A stretch of DNA of 64,000 bases from a bacterium. GTDB lineage: Bacteria; Vulcanimicrobiota; Xenobia; Xenobiales; Xenobiaceae. Both the position numbers and the translations under genes were made by a program. The stretch is taken from positions 8,943 to 72,942 of the forward strand of contig JALHDH010000002.1 of the NCBI GenBank assembly GCA_022839105.1, read 5' to 3'. Below are positions 25,379 through 35,780 of the stretch, piece by piece (the first letter of the stretch is position 1; the number at the start of each line of letters is the position of its first letter). The notes below the pieces were generated by a model. It worked only from the letters and a program-made list of their open reading frames with translations. It was not told the origin of the DNA and ran no database searches.

Positions 25379-26926
25379 CTACTGGTCTTCGGATTCCTCG
25401 CGGACGGCCGCCTCGGCGCTGGAGGCCTCTTCGGCATCGTCATCCCGGCCCGCCTCCTTGACCTGGATCCAGGGGCGCAGCAGGAAGAGCCCGATCGGGG
25501 TGACCATCGCCATCAGCGCGATGATCAGCCACATCATCTCGGAGTTGCGCGGACCGGTCTCGGGGCAGTAGGTCACCAGCAGCCAGCCGGAAAGCGGGCC
25601 GACGAAGAACTTGGCCACGAAGTAGGGCAGCATGGACAAGGACATGTAGGAGGCCTCCTGCCCCTTGGGGGCAATGGCCGCCGGATACTCATACAGCCTC
25701 GGCGAGAAGAAGGCCTCACCCACCGAGAGCATGATCACCGAGAAGAAGATCGACACGAAGAGCGGGTTGACCGCGTCGGTCTGGACCCCCAGCCACTTGC
25801 GCGCGATCAGGTCGCCCAGGAAGCCGTCGGCCAGCCCCTGGAACCACTCCGGCGGCATGGCCATGAAGAAGATCGACAGCGCTCCGATCAGGCTTCCGAA
25901 GATCACGACGCGGTAGGCGGAGATTTTCTGGGTCAAAGCTCCCACCAGCGGCACCAGGATCACGATCAGGACCGGGTTGAGCACTCCGAAGAGCTGACCG
26001 ATCGGGGCCCCTTCGCCCAGTTCGCGGATGCCGTACTTCGGGAAGGTGTAGTGGAAGTGGTAGAAGATCATCCGGACGAAGACGACCAGGGTCAGGAAGG
26101 CCAGGAAGCGATAGAAGGCCGGCTGATGCCACAGGCCCGTGAAGATGCGCTTCCATTCGCCCAGGGCATCCAGGGCGGACTTCAAGGCCGCCGTCATGAC
26201 CGGATGCTCGGCGTACTTGGATTCCTGCTTGTGGATCCGGACCTTGCCGTCCTCGCCGACCTCGATCCCCTCACGGATGCCGATCCAGACCAGGATCAGG
26301 TTGGGCACGGTGAAGAGGAATCCCAGCAGGATCAGGGTCTGGTAGGTCGTCAGGGTGAAATCGGACCCGGGAAGGGTCAGGTGGCCGTACTCACCCAGGC
26401 CGGTTCGCACCTTGTCGAAGAGGAATCCCGAGATCGCGAATCCCACGTTCATCATGGCGTAGAACATCGAGAAGGCCATGGAGCGCTGGGCCGTGGTGGC
26501 GAACTTCTTGATGGCGGCCACCATGACCGGGATCATCAGGGCCTCCCCCAGGGCCAGCGGGAGCAGGCCGGCCGGGACCACGAACCAGGGGGCGGTGACG
26601 AAGCTCATCACCAGCCGGGCCACCAGGCAGATGCCAAAGCCGATCAACAAGGAGAGGCGGATCCCGATCGCATCCACCAGCGAGCCGACCATGACCGTGA
26701 ACAGGGTCATCAGGGCGGACCAGACGGCCACCATGACGCCGGCGGGGACGTCGCCGTAGCCCAGGTCCTTGGAGAGCCACAGGACCAGGGTCGAGTTGAC
26801 CAGGCCATAGGCCACGATGGACAGGATCTTGGTGCCGAAGATGATCCACAGCTCGCGCAGCGCGCCCTTCAAGACCATGAACCTGCCCAGGAAGCTGGTG
26901 CCTTTCGGGGTCTGGACCTTTTCCAT
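25379..26926 (-). CDS. MFS-type transporter (12-14 TM)
   Basis: Start at M10 of ORF 26953. It is hydrophobic throughout with an acidic C-terminal tail. It is divergent from the acyltransferase gene. Confidence 0.7.
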   Translation of the reverse strand: MEKVQTPKGTSFLGRFMVLKGALRELWIIFGTKILSIVAYGLVNSTLVLWLSKDLGYGDVPAGVMVAVWSALMTLFTVMVGSLVDAIGIRLSLLIGFGICLVARLVMSFVTAPWFVVPAGLLPLALGEALMIPVMVAAIKKFATTAQRSMAFSMFYAMMNVGFAISGFLFDKVRTGLGEYGHLTLPGSDFTLTTYQTLILLGFLFTVPNLILVWIGIREGIEVGEDGKVRIHKQESKYAEHPVMTAALKSALDALGEWKRIFTGLWHQPAFYRFLAFLTLVVFVRMIFYHFHYTFPKYGIRELGEGAPIGQLFGVLNPVLIVILVPLVGALTQKISAYRVVIFGSLIGALSIFFMAMPPEWFQGLADGFLGDLIARKWLGVQTDAVNPLFVSIFFSVIMLSVGEAFFSPRLYEYPAAIAPKGQEASYMSLSMLPYFVAKFFVGPLSGWLLVTYCPETGPRNSEMMWLIIALMAMVTPIGLFLLRPWIQVKEAGRDDDAEEASSAEAAVREESEDQ

Positions 26927-27116
26927 GCGAAGACCTCGGAGGAAGGGATTCACCGGGGAACGGGCGGGCCACCAGGCGCATTCGCTGGGACGCTGGCCCC
27001 GGCGGGGGGGAGGCCCCTTTCTGGGTCAGTCCCAGAATTCCCGCTGCCGGGGAGGAACTTCGAGGAATCGCCCGGAACGGGGCTTGAGGATTGCCAGGAA
27101 GAGGGAGGGAAAACCC

Positions 27117-27875
27117 GTGCGACCCGTGGATCTTCTCGCCACCGTCGGGGCTTGGGGCTGGTTTGGATTGACCCTGGTGGTCTTCGACCCCGTGCTGCGC
27201 CTGGCCCGAATCCTGGGCGAGGAGCCCATGGATCGGGCCGTCGGGTTGATGTGCCGGGCCCTGGGATGCAGCATCCGGGCCGGCCTGGGGCGTCTGGAGA
27301 TCGAGGGGCTCGAGAATATTCCCGCCCAGGGCCGCTACATCGTGGTCTGCAATCATCAATCCCTGGTCGAGAGCTTCCTGCCCTTCTGGCTCCTGCAGCA
27401 CCTGCGTCCCCGCTACATCGCCAAGAGGGCGTTGGGGCGCTGGATCCCTGCCATCAGCTTCAATCTGCGTCGGGGAGGGCATTGCCTGATTGACCGCGAG
27501 GACCGCGAGCGGGCCCTGGAGGCCATCGCCGAACTGGGGCGGCGCGTGGATTCCGGCGAGGTCTCGGCCTTCATCTTCCCGGAGGGCACCCGCAGCGCGG
27601 ACGGCCGGATGAACCCCTTCAAGCCGGCGGGCCTGGCCACGCTCCTGCGCACGGCCCCTCAGGCCGCGATCCTGCCCATGGTCGTGCACGGAGGCAACCG
27701 GGTCTTCCCCCGCGGGCTTCCTCGGGTTCAGGCCGGCTCGACGGTCCGGGTTCAGGTCCTGCCGCTGCTGGCGCGAGAGGGGCGGGATGTCGAGGCCACC
27801 ATCGAGCGGATCCGGGAGGTCCTGGCCGGACGGTTCGCGGAACTCGAGGAGCGCTTCGGGTCGCCCCGGGGCTGA
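27117..27875 (+). CDS. 1-acyl-sn-glycerol-3-phosphate (lysophospholipid) acyltransferase, PlsC family
   Basis: GTG start with a GAGGGAGGGA RBS. Motifs are VCNHQSLVESF (HX4D-type) and FIFPEGTRS. Confidence 0.75.
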   Translation: MRPVDLLATVGAWGWFGLTLVVFDPVLRLARILGEEPMDRAVGLMCRALGCSIRAGLGRLEIEGLENIPAQGRYIVVCNHQSLVESFLPFWLLQHLRPRYIAKRALGRWIPAISFNLRRGGHCLIDREDRERALEAIAELGRRVDSGEVSAFIFPEGTRSADGRMNPFKPAGLATLLRTAPQAAILPMVVHGGNRVFPRGLPRVQAGSTVRVQVLPLLAREGRDVEATIERIREVLAGRFAELEERFGSPRG

Positions 27876-27904
27876 GGCGGCCCGAAGCGACTGGCGGACA
27901 CTTC

Positions 27905-28222
27905 TCAGGAGGGTCGCGGAGCCGGCGCCTTGACGACGATCAACTCCAGGACCTCCGGGTGGAGGTTCCTGACGTTCATCCGGGTGTTGAAGGGGATCTT
28001 CAACACCGTGCCTCCGGGGTATTCGTGGACTTCCTGCTCGTCGAGTCCGATCGAGAGGGTTCCTCTCAGGACCGTCATGTAGACCGTCGAGTTGGAGAAG
28101 TGCTCGGGCATTCCCTGGCTCTGGGGAAAGACCATGTGGATGTAGTGGACGTTCTCGTCCTGGATCACCTTCTCGACAACCCGGGTGTCTGCGGTGGAAA
28201 TCTTGTGGATCTGCTCGATCAT
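27905..28222 (-). CDS. Cupin-fold small protein
   Basis: 105 aa from M38 of ORF 28333 (MIEQIHKISTADTRVVEKVIQDENVHYIHMVFP...TVLKIPFNTRMNVRNL). The 37 codons upstream are low-complexity. Confidence 0.5.
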   Translation of the reverse strand: MIEQIHKISTADTRVVEKVIQDENVHYIHMVFPQSQGMPEHFSNSTVYMTVLRGTLSIGLDEQEVHEYPGGTVLKIPFNTRMNVRNLHPEVLELIVVKAPAPRPS

Positions 28223-28388
28223 GGGGGCCTCCTCCCGGGCACGGCCCGGAGAATTCCGGAAGGCGCCCGTTCCGACGCCCTCCACATGATCATGAGAATC
28301 GATTCCGGGGCCCGCCTTCTTGCGCTGACGCAAGGAGGCCCCCCTCCCGGCCAGGGACCCGAAAAGGCCCCGGCCGGGGTGGAAGCCG

Positions 28389-30440
28389 CTACCAGATCCG
28401 GTTGCGCTGCTCGGCGGGCCGGGCCATGGGGTCCCCTTGGCTCACGCCGAAGGCCTCGAAGAACTCAGGGCTGTTCGAGAGGGGGCCGTTCACGCGCCAG
28501 CGGGCGTGGGGGTGGGGGTCGGTGTTGACCTGCAGCTTCTCCATCTCGGGGCGCATGTTGATGGCCCAGACCCGGGCATAGCCCAGGAAGAAGCGCTGGG
28601 CCGGGGTGAAGCCGTCCAGGACCTGGGGTTCCCGGCCTTGCAAGGAGCGCTGGTAGGCCTTCCAGGACAGGTTCAGTCCCCCGAGATCCGCGATGGCTTC
28701 GCCCAGCACCAGCTTGCCGTTCAGTTTCAGTCCTGCCACCTCATAGGCGGCGAACTGCTTCTCGACGCCTTCGGCCAGGGTCTTGAAGTTCGCCAGATCC
28801 TCGGGGGTCCACCAGTCGCGCAGGTTCCCGTGCCCGTCGTACTTGCAGCCCTGGTCGTCGAAGCCGTGGGTGATCTCGTGCCCGATCACCATTCCGATGC
28901 CCCCGTAGTTCACGGCGTCCTCCGCCTTCATGTCGAAGAAGGGCGGCTGGAGGATCCCGGCGGGGAAGACGATCTCGTTCATCGAGGGGTTGTAGTAGGC
29001 GTTGACCATCTGGGGGGTCATGTGCCACTCGTCGCGATCCACGGGCTTGCCGATCTTGGCCAGGTCGCGGTGCACCTCGTAGATCCGGACGCGGCGCAGG
29101 TTCCCCACGTAGTCGCCAGGGCGGATCTCCAGGCTGGAGTAGTCCTGCCAGCGATCCGGGTACCCGATCTTGGCCTGGAAGAGTGCCAGCTTCTCCAGGG
29201 CCGCCTTCTGGGTGGTCGGGCTCATCCACTCCAGGGTGGGGATGGTGGCGGCCATGGCGGCCTTGAGGTTGGTCACCATCTCCTGGACCCGGGCCTTGGC
29301 CTCGGGCGGGAAGGCGCGCCGGACATACTGCTCGCCCAAGGCCATGCCCATCCCGGCGTTCACGGTCTCGACCACCCTCTTCCAACGGGGCTTCATCTCC
29401 TGGACGCCGCGCAGGACCGTCGAGAAGAAGTGGAAGCTCTCGCGCTCCATCTCCTGGGTCAGGTGCGACCCGAAGCCGCGCAGCACCATCCAGCGCAGAT
29501 AGCTCTTGTGGTCCTCCAGGGAAGTGGAGGCCAGCTCGTGGTTCACGGCCTCCATGAAGCCCGGGATGGCCACGTTGAGTTCACTCAGGGCGGGAAGCCC
29601 CAAGCCCTCGAAGTAGTCAGGCCAGGAGAAGTCCGGCGTCAGGGCCGCGAAGGCCTCGGCGTCCATCAGGTGGTAGACCTTCTCGGCCTCCCGCAACTCG
29701 GCGGCGGGAAGCGAAGCCCGGGCCAGGCGCGTCTCCAGAGCCATCACGGCCTGAGCCTGCCGGGCCGCCTTCTCGGGCGGATCGCCCAGCAGGGTGAACA
29801 TCTTCGTGACGTGGGCCAGATAGGCCTCACGCAGCTTGCGCGAGTCCTCGTCTTCGCGCAGGTAGTAGTCGCGCTCGGGAAGCCCCAGGCCTCCCTGCCA
29901 CAGCACGCCGATCATCCGGGTGCTGTCCTTGTCGTCCTGGCTGGCGAAGAGGTTGAAGTAGGCGTTGAGGCCTTCCCGGTGCATCCGGGCGATCGCGGCC
30001 TGCAGGGCCTTGCGGTCCTGGATCGCCTCCACGGCCTCGAGATCCTCGCGGATGGGGGTCAGCCCCTGCTTCTCACGGGTCGATTCGTCCATGCCGCTGG
30101 CGTAGAAGTCCCCCAGCTTGCGCTCCAGGGTGCCTGCTTCGGCCCCCTGGGCCTCGCGCAGGATCTCGTGCAGCAGGTGGGTGTTCTGGTCATCCAGCAC
30201 GTTGAAGGTGCCCCAGCGGGCCTGGTCCCCGGGGATGGGGTTGCGCTTGCGCCAGCCCCCGGTGGCGTGGTCGAAGAAGTCCTGGGTCGGACTGACGCCG
30301 GGGTCCAGATCGGCGCGGTCGATGCCGCTGCCGGGCGCCGGGGCGTTCGTGCGGGGAGGGATCTCGGTTCGGGCGGGCAGGCACAAGGCCAGACCCAGGA
30401 TCAACATCATCGAGGCAACCTTCCAGGGCTTGAAGTTCAT
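28389..30440 (-). CDS. Secreted M13-family zinc metallopeptidase (neprilysin/PepO-like)
   Basis: Start at M28 gives the signal peptide MNFKPWKVASMMLILGLALCLPA. Motifs are VIGHEITHGFDDQG (HExxH) and EAIADLGG (ExxxD). Confidence 0.85.
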   Translation of the reverse strand: MNFKPWKVASMMLILGLALCLPARTEIPPRTNAPAPGSGIDRADLDPGVSPTQDFFDHATGGWRKRNPIPGDQARWGTFNVLDDQNTHLLHEILREAQGAEAGTLERKLGDFYASGMDESTREKQGLTPIREDLEAVEAIQDRKALQAAIARMHREGLNAYFNLFASQDDKDSTRMIGVLWQGGLGLPERDYYLREDEDSRKLREAYLAHVTKMFTLLGDPPEKAARQAQAVMALETRLARASLPAAELREAEKVYHLMDAEAFAALTPDFSWPDYFEGLGLPALSELNVAIPGFMEAVNHELASTSLEDHKSYLRWMVLRGFGSHLTQEMERESFHFFSTVLRGVQEMKPRWKRVVETVNAGMGMALGEQYVRRAFPPEAKARVQEMVTNLKAAMAATIPTLEWMSPTTQKAALEKLALFQAKIGYPDRWQDYSSLEIRPGDYVGNLRRVRIYEVHRDLAKIGKPVDRDEWHMTPQMVNAYYNPSMNEIVFPAGILQPPFFDMKAEDAVNYGGIGMVIGHEITHGFDDQGCKYDGHGNLRDWWTPEDLANFKTLAEGVEKQFAAYEVAGLKLNGKLVLGEAIADLGGLNLSWKAYQRSLQGREPQVLDGFTPAQRFFLGYARVWAINMRPEMEKLQVNTDPHPHARWRVNGPLSNSPEFFEAFGVSQGDPMARPAEQRNRIW

Positions 30441-30605
30441 CAGGGGACTCCTGTCTGAGGGACGCTCCCAGGCGCCCGCGTCTCGGGCCCCATGATCATG
30501 CCGAAGGCCGCGCGATGTCAACCATCTCGAGGGGAATGGATCGGGTGACTCGAGGAACTGCGGGGCGCCGGCAAGCCCCCGGCGATCCGGGCCCGCCAGA
30601 GGGCC

Positions 30606-31973
30606 TCAGGCCTGGAGTTGAGGGGCGGCCACCCAGCGGAAGCTGGCGTAGAACTGGGCCAGGGGCATTCGGAAAAGTCCGGATTCACCGGACTCGGCGG
30701 CCATCAGCCAGGGCCCGGAGCCCCAGGGGTTCCGCAGGCCGACCGTGTCGCTTTGGGGATCATAGTCCAGCAAGGTGTAGCAGTGGCTGTTCTGCAGCCC
30801 GTTGTGGAGGGTCTCCACGTCGAAGGCGCGTTCCTCCTTCAGGAGGGGCCTGGGCCGGGTGCCGCAGATGCGGGGGCCGGGCTGGCTGCACATCTCGGCG
30901 ACCAGGTCGCGGGTGGCCAGCAGGCTCAGGTCATCGAGGGATTCCAGGCGGGCCTCGCGGCCGGTCAGGGCCAGGATCGCCTCCTGAGGGGGAACTCCGT
31001 CGGCGGCCTGGCGGACCGAACCGGCCGACCGCTGCTTGCGGGCCAGGCGTTGCCCCATGGCCACCTCCAGAAGGCCCGGCCAGCGCTCACCTGAGGTTCC
31101 CCTGGCGTGGAAGAGCCGCTCGGCGGGGGTCAACTCGAAGACCGTCTCGTCCTCGCCGTCCCGGAAGTTGACCCGGATCTCGCCGGCGGGGCCTGTCTGG
31201 AAGAGGCCCTCGACCTGATCGGGGGCCAGGCCCGCAGCCGTGGACAAAAGCACGCACGAGCCCAGGCGGTTCTGCCGGGTGGCCAGGGGATCCATGTCCT
31301 CGGATTCCAGGGGCGCGGCCGGGCCCAGGGCCTCAGCCTCGGGCTCGAGTCGCCGGAACTCGGCCTCCAGGCTGCGCGTCGCTTCCGGGGCGCCTGCGAA
31401 ACCCTGTCGGGAAAAAAGGCCCAGATCGGCACGGGTGATCCCCGGCCCGTCGTGGGGCTGGCAGGAACCCAGGGCTTCGGGATTGGAGCGCAGCAGGACC
31501 AGGGCGGCGGACTCGGCGGGCGTGGAATCGGTCGCTTCCATCGCTCGATCGATCTCGGCCACTTCCAGGCGGGTGTCCTGGTTGCGGTCCCACTGATCGA
31601 ACCTGCCGTCGACGGTCCGCACGAAGTCGGCCCTGGCCGGACCGGGAGCCTCCTCGCCAGATCCCTGGTTTTCGATGGCGGGGACCTCGCTCGGGTCGAA
31701 GCCCGGGCTCGACATGCGTCGGAACAGGGCCCGCTCGTAGGGCGTCCACACCTTGGCGGGATCCAGGCCGGCGAATTCCTGGTCCAGGCCCAGCTCCTCC
31801 AAGGCTTCCGCCAGCCGCGGCGGGTCGATGGGATCACGCAGGTCGGTGGCGGGATCCAGCAGGTCCTGGAAGACTTCGTCCGCCCGGTCGCCCGAGCGGA
31901 CCACGCGGACCAGCTCCGCCTGATTCAGGCGGTGGGCCAGGAAGGCTTCGCGGATCTGCTGGTTGGGGATCAT
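30606..31973 (-). CDS. Calpain-like (peptidase C2) cysteine protease with an N-terminal EF-hand-like loop; cytoplasmic
   Basis: 455 aa from M413 of the 867-aa ORF. It has Cys in NRLGSCVLLSTAAG, His in NSHCYTLLDY and Asn in LRNPWGSG. The EF loop is DRNQDTRLEVAE (31554-31589). The upstream 412 codons are low-complexity and were rejected. Confidence 0.6.
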   Translation of the reverse strand: MIPNQQIREAFLAHRLNQAELVRVVRSGDRADEVFQDLLDPATDLRDPIDPPRLAEALEELGLDQEFAGLDPAKVWTPYERALFRRMSSPGFDPSEVPAIENQGSGEEAPGPARADFVRTVDGRFDQWDRNQDTRLEVAEIDRAMEATDSTPAESAALVLLRSNPEALGSCQPHDGPGITRADLGLFSRQGFAGAPEATRSLEAEFRRLEPEAEALGPAAPLESEDMDPLATRQNRLGSCVLLSTAAGLAPDQVEGLFQTGPAGEIRVNFRDGEDETVFELTPAERLFHARGTSGERWPGLLEVAMGQRLARKQRSAGSVRQAADGVPPQEAILALTGREARLESLDDLSLLATRDLVAEMCSQPGPRICGTRPRPLLKEERAFDVETLHNGLQNSHCYTLLDYDPQSDTVGLRNPWGSGPWLMAAESGESGLFRMPLAQFYASFRWVAAPQLQA

Positions 31974-32032
31974 CTCGCTTGCATGGAAGCCCAGGACCCT
32001 GAAAGAGACCTGAAGCCCGCTGGGGCAGGCAT

Positions 32033-32752
32033 CTAGGGCTTGCGGCTCCGGGCCCAGGGGATCATGCCGGCCAGCCAGTCGGCCGCTTCCTTGTAGGCTG
32101 CGGGCGGGGCGATGGTGTGACCGCCCTGGAACTCGATCCACCTGGTTTCCCAGCCCAGAGCCTTCAGACGCTTCTCGTCGGCCTTCATCTCCTGGTAGCG
32201 GAAGTCGCTGGGGCTGGCCAGGAAGACCGCGACCCGGTTGCGCGGGGCGGGCAGACGCGATTGCGGGTGGGACATCCCGGTGTTGACGACGATGGCCACC
32301 ACGGCGTCGGGCTCCATGGCGCTCATGTCGTGCGAGAACATCCCACCGCCGGAGAACCCGGTGGCGATCAGGCACCTGCCGTCGATGGGGTAGGTTGCCT
32401 GGACCTCTTTGAGGATGGCGCGCAGGTCGGCCACCATGGGCGTCGCGTCCTCCCCGTTCCGAAAGCCGTTGAAGCCCAGGACGAACCACTTGTATTTCGC
32501 GGCGTGGGGCCGCCACAGTTGCACCAGGTGGCGGGTTTCGCCGTTCGGCGAGAAGACCATCACCAGAGGCCTCTTGTCGCTGGCCTTCAGGCCGCCGGGG
32601 ACGAAGAGCGTGTAGTTCGGCCCCTGGATCGTGGCGTCCGCGGGCGCCGCCTGCGCGGCCAGCGGGAACACAAGGACGCACGCCAGGGCCAGGATGAGGA
32701 GCAGACCGGTGAGGATGCGCACGGGAAGGCCTCCTGAGGAAGAGTCGCCCAT
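32033..32752 (-). CDS. Secreted alpha/beta-hydrolase (esterase/depolymerase-like)
   Basis: Start at M11 gives a signal peptide (...LLLILALACVLVFPLAAQAA). The nucleophile elbow is GFSGGG. Confidence 0.6.
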   Translation of the reverse strand: MGDSSSGGLPVRILTGLLLILALACVLVFPLAAQAAPADATIQGPNYTLFVPGGLKASDKRPLVMVFSPNGETRHLVQLWRPHAAKYKWFVLGFNGFRNGEDATPMVADLRAILKEVQATYPIDGRCLIATGFSGGGMFSHDMSAMEPDAVVAIVVNTGMSHPQSRLPAPRNRVAVFLASPSDFRYQEMKADEKRLKALGWETRWIEFQGGHTIAPPAAYKEAADWLAGMIPWARSRKP

Positions 32753-32922
32753 GAGTCTGCCACTCCCCCGCCCGGGCGCCATGACGCAGCGCAGGAGGTG
32801 CGGCGTGTCTGCGTCCAGGGCGGCCTCCTGGAGGAACGGTTCTCGTCATGATCCTGAGGAAATGCCGCAGATTCATGCTGGAATCATGGCTTGGAGCAGA
32901 TCCCAGGGATTCCCCGTGCCAT

Positions 32923-33843
32923 TCACTTCCGTTCCGCGCGCTGGAGGAAGTCCCGGACCAGACCGAGGTAGCGTTCGGGTTGCTCCAAGTGGTGCTCGTG
33001 GGAAGCGTCGGGCAGGACGGCCACCTCGGAACCCGGCATCCTCTGGTGGTAGAAGGCCGTGGTGGAGGGGGGGGCCTCGTCGGATTCGCCGCAGGTGAAG
33101 AGGGTCGGCGTCGCGATCTCGGGCAGCCGTTCCACCCGTTCGAAATCCCGGAGGCTCCCCGTGACGACGAACTCGCTGGGCCCCCACATCTGGAGGTAGA
33201 CCGGCGCACCGAGACCGGCCATGCTCCGCTCGAGGCTCTCAGGCCAGGGGGCGAGGCGACACACGTGCTCCCGGTAGTAGGCCTGGACCGCCTCCTGGAA
33301 AGCCGGGCCCTCGAAGTCGCGCGATCGGGCTCCCTCCTGCACTCTTGCAGGCATCCGGGCCAGCCAGGCGGCCTGGTCAGCCTCCCATCGGCGGGCGCTC
33401 AGGCAAGGCCCGGACAGGACGAGGCTTTGAACACCCGTCGGGCGCTTCGTGAGCATGTATTCGACGGCCAGCATGGTGCCCCACGACTGGCCCAGCAGGT
33501 GGACCTGGTCGAGGCGCAGGGCTGCACGGACCGCGGCCAGTTCCTCCACGAAGCGCTCCAGCGTCCAGAGGGAGGGATCCTCGGGGCGGTCCGATCGCCC
33601 GCACCCCAACTGGTCGTAGAAGACGACTCGACGCTGATCCCCGAGGGCGGCCAGGCCCTCCAGGTAGTCGTGGGGGAACCCCGGGCCGCCGTGGAGGACC
33701 AGGAGTGGCGTCCCAGGCCCGCCTCCCACCGCGCGATACCAGATTCGCCCGCCAGGGACCTGGAGGAAGCCCTCCTCTGCCGAAGCGGGCACGCAGCAGC
33801 CGAGAACAATGCCGAAGACCACGGCGGACATCCAGAAGTTCAT
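32923..33843 (-). CDS. Secreted alpha/beta-hydrolase, S33 (proline-iminopeptidase-like) family
   Basis: Start at M48 gives the signal peptide MNFWMSAVVFGIVLGCCVPASA. Motifs are LVLHGGPGF and GQSWGTMLA (GxSxG). Confidence 0.65.
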   Translation of the reverse strand: MNFWMSAVVFGIVLGCCVPASAEEGFLQVPGGRIWYRAVGGGPGTPLLVLHGGPGFPHDYLEGLAALGDQRRVVFYDQLGCGRSDRPEDPSLWTLERFVEELAAVRAALRLDQVHLLGQSWGTMLAVEYMLTKRPTGVQSLVLSGPCLSARRWEADQAAWLARMPARVQEGARSRDFEGPAFQEAVQAYYREHVCRLAPWPESLERSMAGLGAPVYLQMWGPSEFVVTGSLRDFERVERLPEIATPTLFTCGESDEAPPSTTAFYHQRMPGSEVAVLPDASHEHHLEQPERYLGLVRDFLQRAERK

Positions 33844-34388
33844 CCTGCTGGTTTCCTGCCAGCAGGGGAGTTCCCTTTGCCGCATTGGATTGGTCCTGGT
33901 TTCCCGGGTGTCTGAGATGGATCCAGGCCGCGGCGGCCTCACCCGGAATCGCTCGGGGGCCATCGCGGCTCTCATTGGAGGCATGTTTGCAGGAGAATGG
34001 GACCTCTCCCCCCGCCTGAATCCGGGCAGGACTTCGCCAAGAGAATCGAGAAGCGGATTCAGCCCCAGCTCGAGCCACCAGGGCTGTGCCCAATGGCATG
34101 GATTCGGGTCTTGTGTTGGATGCGGGGTGTCGGCAGGGTTCTGCGCTCAGTCTTGGTGCGCGCTCGGCGCATGGTTTCGTGTCCGCCTTTTCGGAACGCC
34201 GTGAATTCGGATGATCCGGATGGCGTCTGCAGGTCGTCTTGTGGGAGACAGGCAGGCCGGGCTGCTCCATTCATCTGGGACTCTCGGCTCAAGCTCTTGT
34301 TCACCGTGCGGAGGTGCCGGGTCTCCCGACGGGTCGAGCCCTTCTGCTCAGTTCAGTCCTTCGGGGTGATAAGAGGCCTGAGACCAGC

Positions 34389-35780
34389 GTGCTTTTCAAC
34401 TCTCTGGAATTCCTGGTCTTCCTGGTGGTGGTCTACGGCCTGTTCCTCGCAGTGCCCCGGAGGGGGAGAAGCTGGCTTCTGCTGGCCGCTTCCTGGTTCT
34501 TCTATGGTTATTGGAGCCTGAAGTTCCTCGGCCTCCTGGTGGCGACCACGGCCATCGACTGGTGGATCGGGTTGGCCCTGGAACACGCCCGGCCACCCCG
34601 CCGTCGCTTCCTGGTGTTTCTCAGCGTGGCGTTCAATCTGGGCCTGCTGGCGACGCTTAAATACTTCAACTTCTTCGCCGGTGAGTTCAGCCGGTTCCTG
34701 GCCCTGCTGGGGGTGGAAGTGCCCCTGCCCGTCCTGGAGTGTGTCCTGCCGGTCGGATTGTCCTTCTACGTTTTTCAGTCGATGGGATACACGATCGATG
34801 TTTATCGCGGGGCCCTGAAACCTACCAGGGATTTCTTCGTTTTTGCCTTGTTCGTCTCGTTCTTCCCACAATTGGTGGCCGGGCCTATCGAGCGGGCAGG
34901 AAATATGTTGGGTCAATTCGCCGCGAGTCCCGATTCGACCTCGGAACAGCGATCGCGGGGGTTCTACCTGATTCTGTGGGGCTATTTCAAGAAGGTCGTG
35001 GTCGCCGACAACCTGGCGCTCGTGGTTCAGGGGGTCTTTGACTCCCCGACGACAGCGGGTGGCTTCATGGTCTTGATGGCCACCTACGCCTTCACCCTTC
35101 AGATCTATTGCGACTTCTCCGGATATTCGGATATCGCCAGGGGCCTTGCGCGCTACTTCGGAATCGAGCTGATGGAGAACTTCAGGCTCCCCTTCTTCGC
35201 TGCTAATCCCCGAGATTTCTGGCACCGTTGGCATATCAGCCTCTCAACCTGGTTGCGCGATTATTTGTATTTCCCGTTGGGGGGAAGTCGGCTTGGAGCC
35301 ATCCGCACCGGTTTGAACCTCATGGTCACGACGCTGCTCTGCGGACTGTGGCACGGAGCCAATTGGACCTACGTGGCCTGGGGGGGATATCACGGCCTGG
35401 GATTGCTGGTCCACAGGCTGGTGCCGCCGCTGCGCCTGGGCTTCCTGGGGAAGCCATTCGCCTGGTTGGGCACCTTCCTCTTCGTCAGTCTTGGATTCCT
35501 GGTCTTCCGGGCGCACTCGCTGACGCAGGCGGGCGATCTGCTCGCCAGCGCGCTGAATTCGCCTTCACCTTGCCCCGGAGATTTCGGCGTCCTGCAACGA
35601 ATCGTGTTGCTGACCCTGCCGGTCTGGGCTCTCGAGACCCTTCAACTCCTGACTGGGGACCGGGAAGTCTTGCTGCGCCTGTGGCCACCGCTTCAATGTC
35701 TTCTGACGGCTGGTTTGCTGCTCGCAATCCTCATCCTGGGAGCGCCTGATGGCCGACCTTTCATCTATTTCCAATTCTAG
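34389..35780 (+). CDS. MBOAT-family membrane O-acyltransferase (AlgI/DltB-like)
   Basis: GTG start at residue 51 of ORF 34239. Motifs are VLFNSLEFLVFL, WHISLSTWLRDYLYFPLGGSR and WHGANWTYVAWGGYHG (the conserved His). The region has markedly lower GC. Confidence 0.75.
   Translation: MLFNSLEFLVFLVVVYGLFLAVPRRGRSWLLLAASWFFYGYWSLKFLGLLVATTAIDWWIGLALEHARPPRRRFLVFLSVAFNLGLLATLKYFNFFAGEFSRFLALLGVEVPLPVLECVLPVGLSFYVFQSMGYTIDVYRGALKPTRDFFVFALFVSFFPQLVAGPIERAGNMLGQFAASPDSTSEQRSRGFYLILWGYFKKVVVADNLALVVQGVFDSPTTAGGFMVLMATYAFTLQIYCDFSGYSDIARGLARYFGIELMENFRLPFFAANPRDFWHRWHISLSTWLRDYLYFPLGGSRLGAIRTGLNLMVTTLLCGLWHGANWTYVAWGGYHGLGLLVHRLVPPLRLGFLGKPFAWLGTFLFVSLGFLVFRAHSLTQAGDLLASALNSPSPCPGDFGVLQRIVLLTLPVWALETLQLLTGDREVLLRLWPPLQCLLTAGLLLAILILGAPDGRPFIYFQF

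Noticed and set aside
31974-33209. 412-codon upstream extension of the calpain-like ORF
   Set aside because: It is Pro/Arg/Gly-rich with no domain resemblance. It overlaps the alpha/beta-hydrolase gene 32033-32752 on the same strand in another frame.
33997-34521. ORFs 33997-34521 (+) and 34059-34304 (-) inside the 545-bp leader
   Set aside because: They resemble no known family and have odd composition (Cys/Trp/Arg-rich). I treat the interval as non-coding regulatory DNA.
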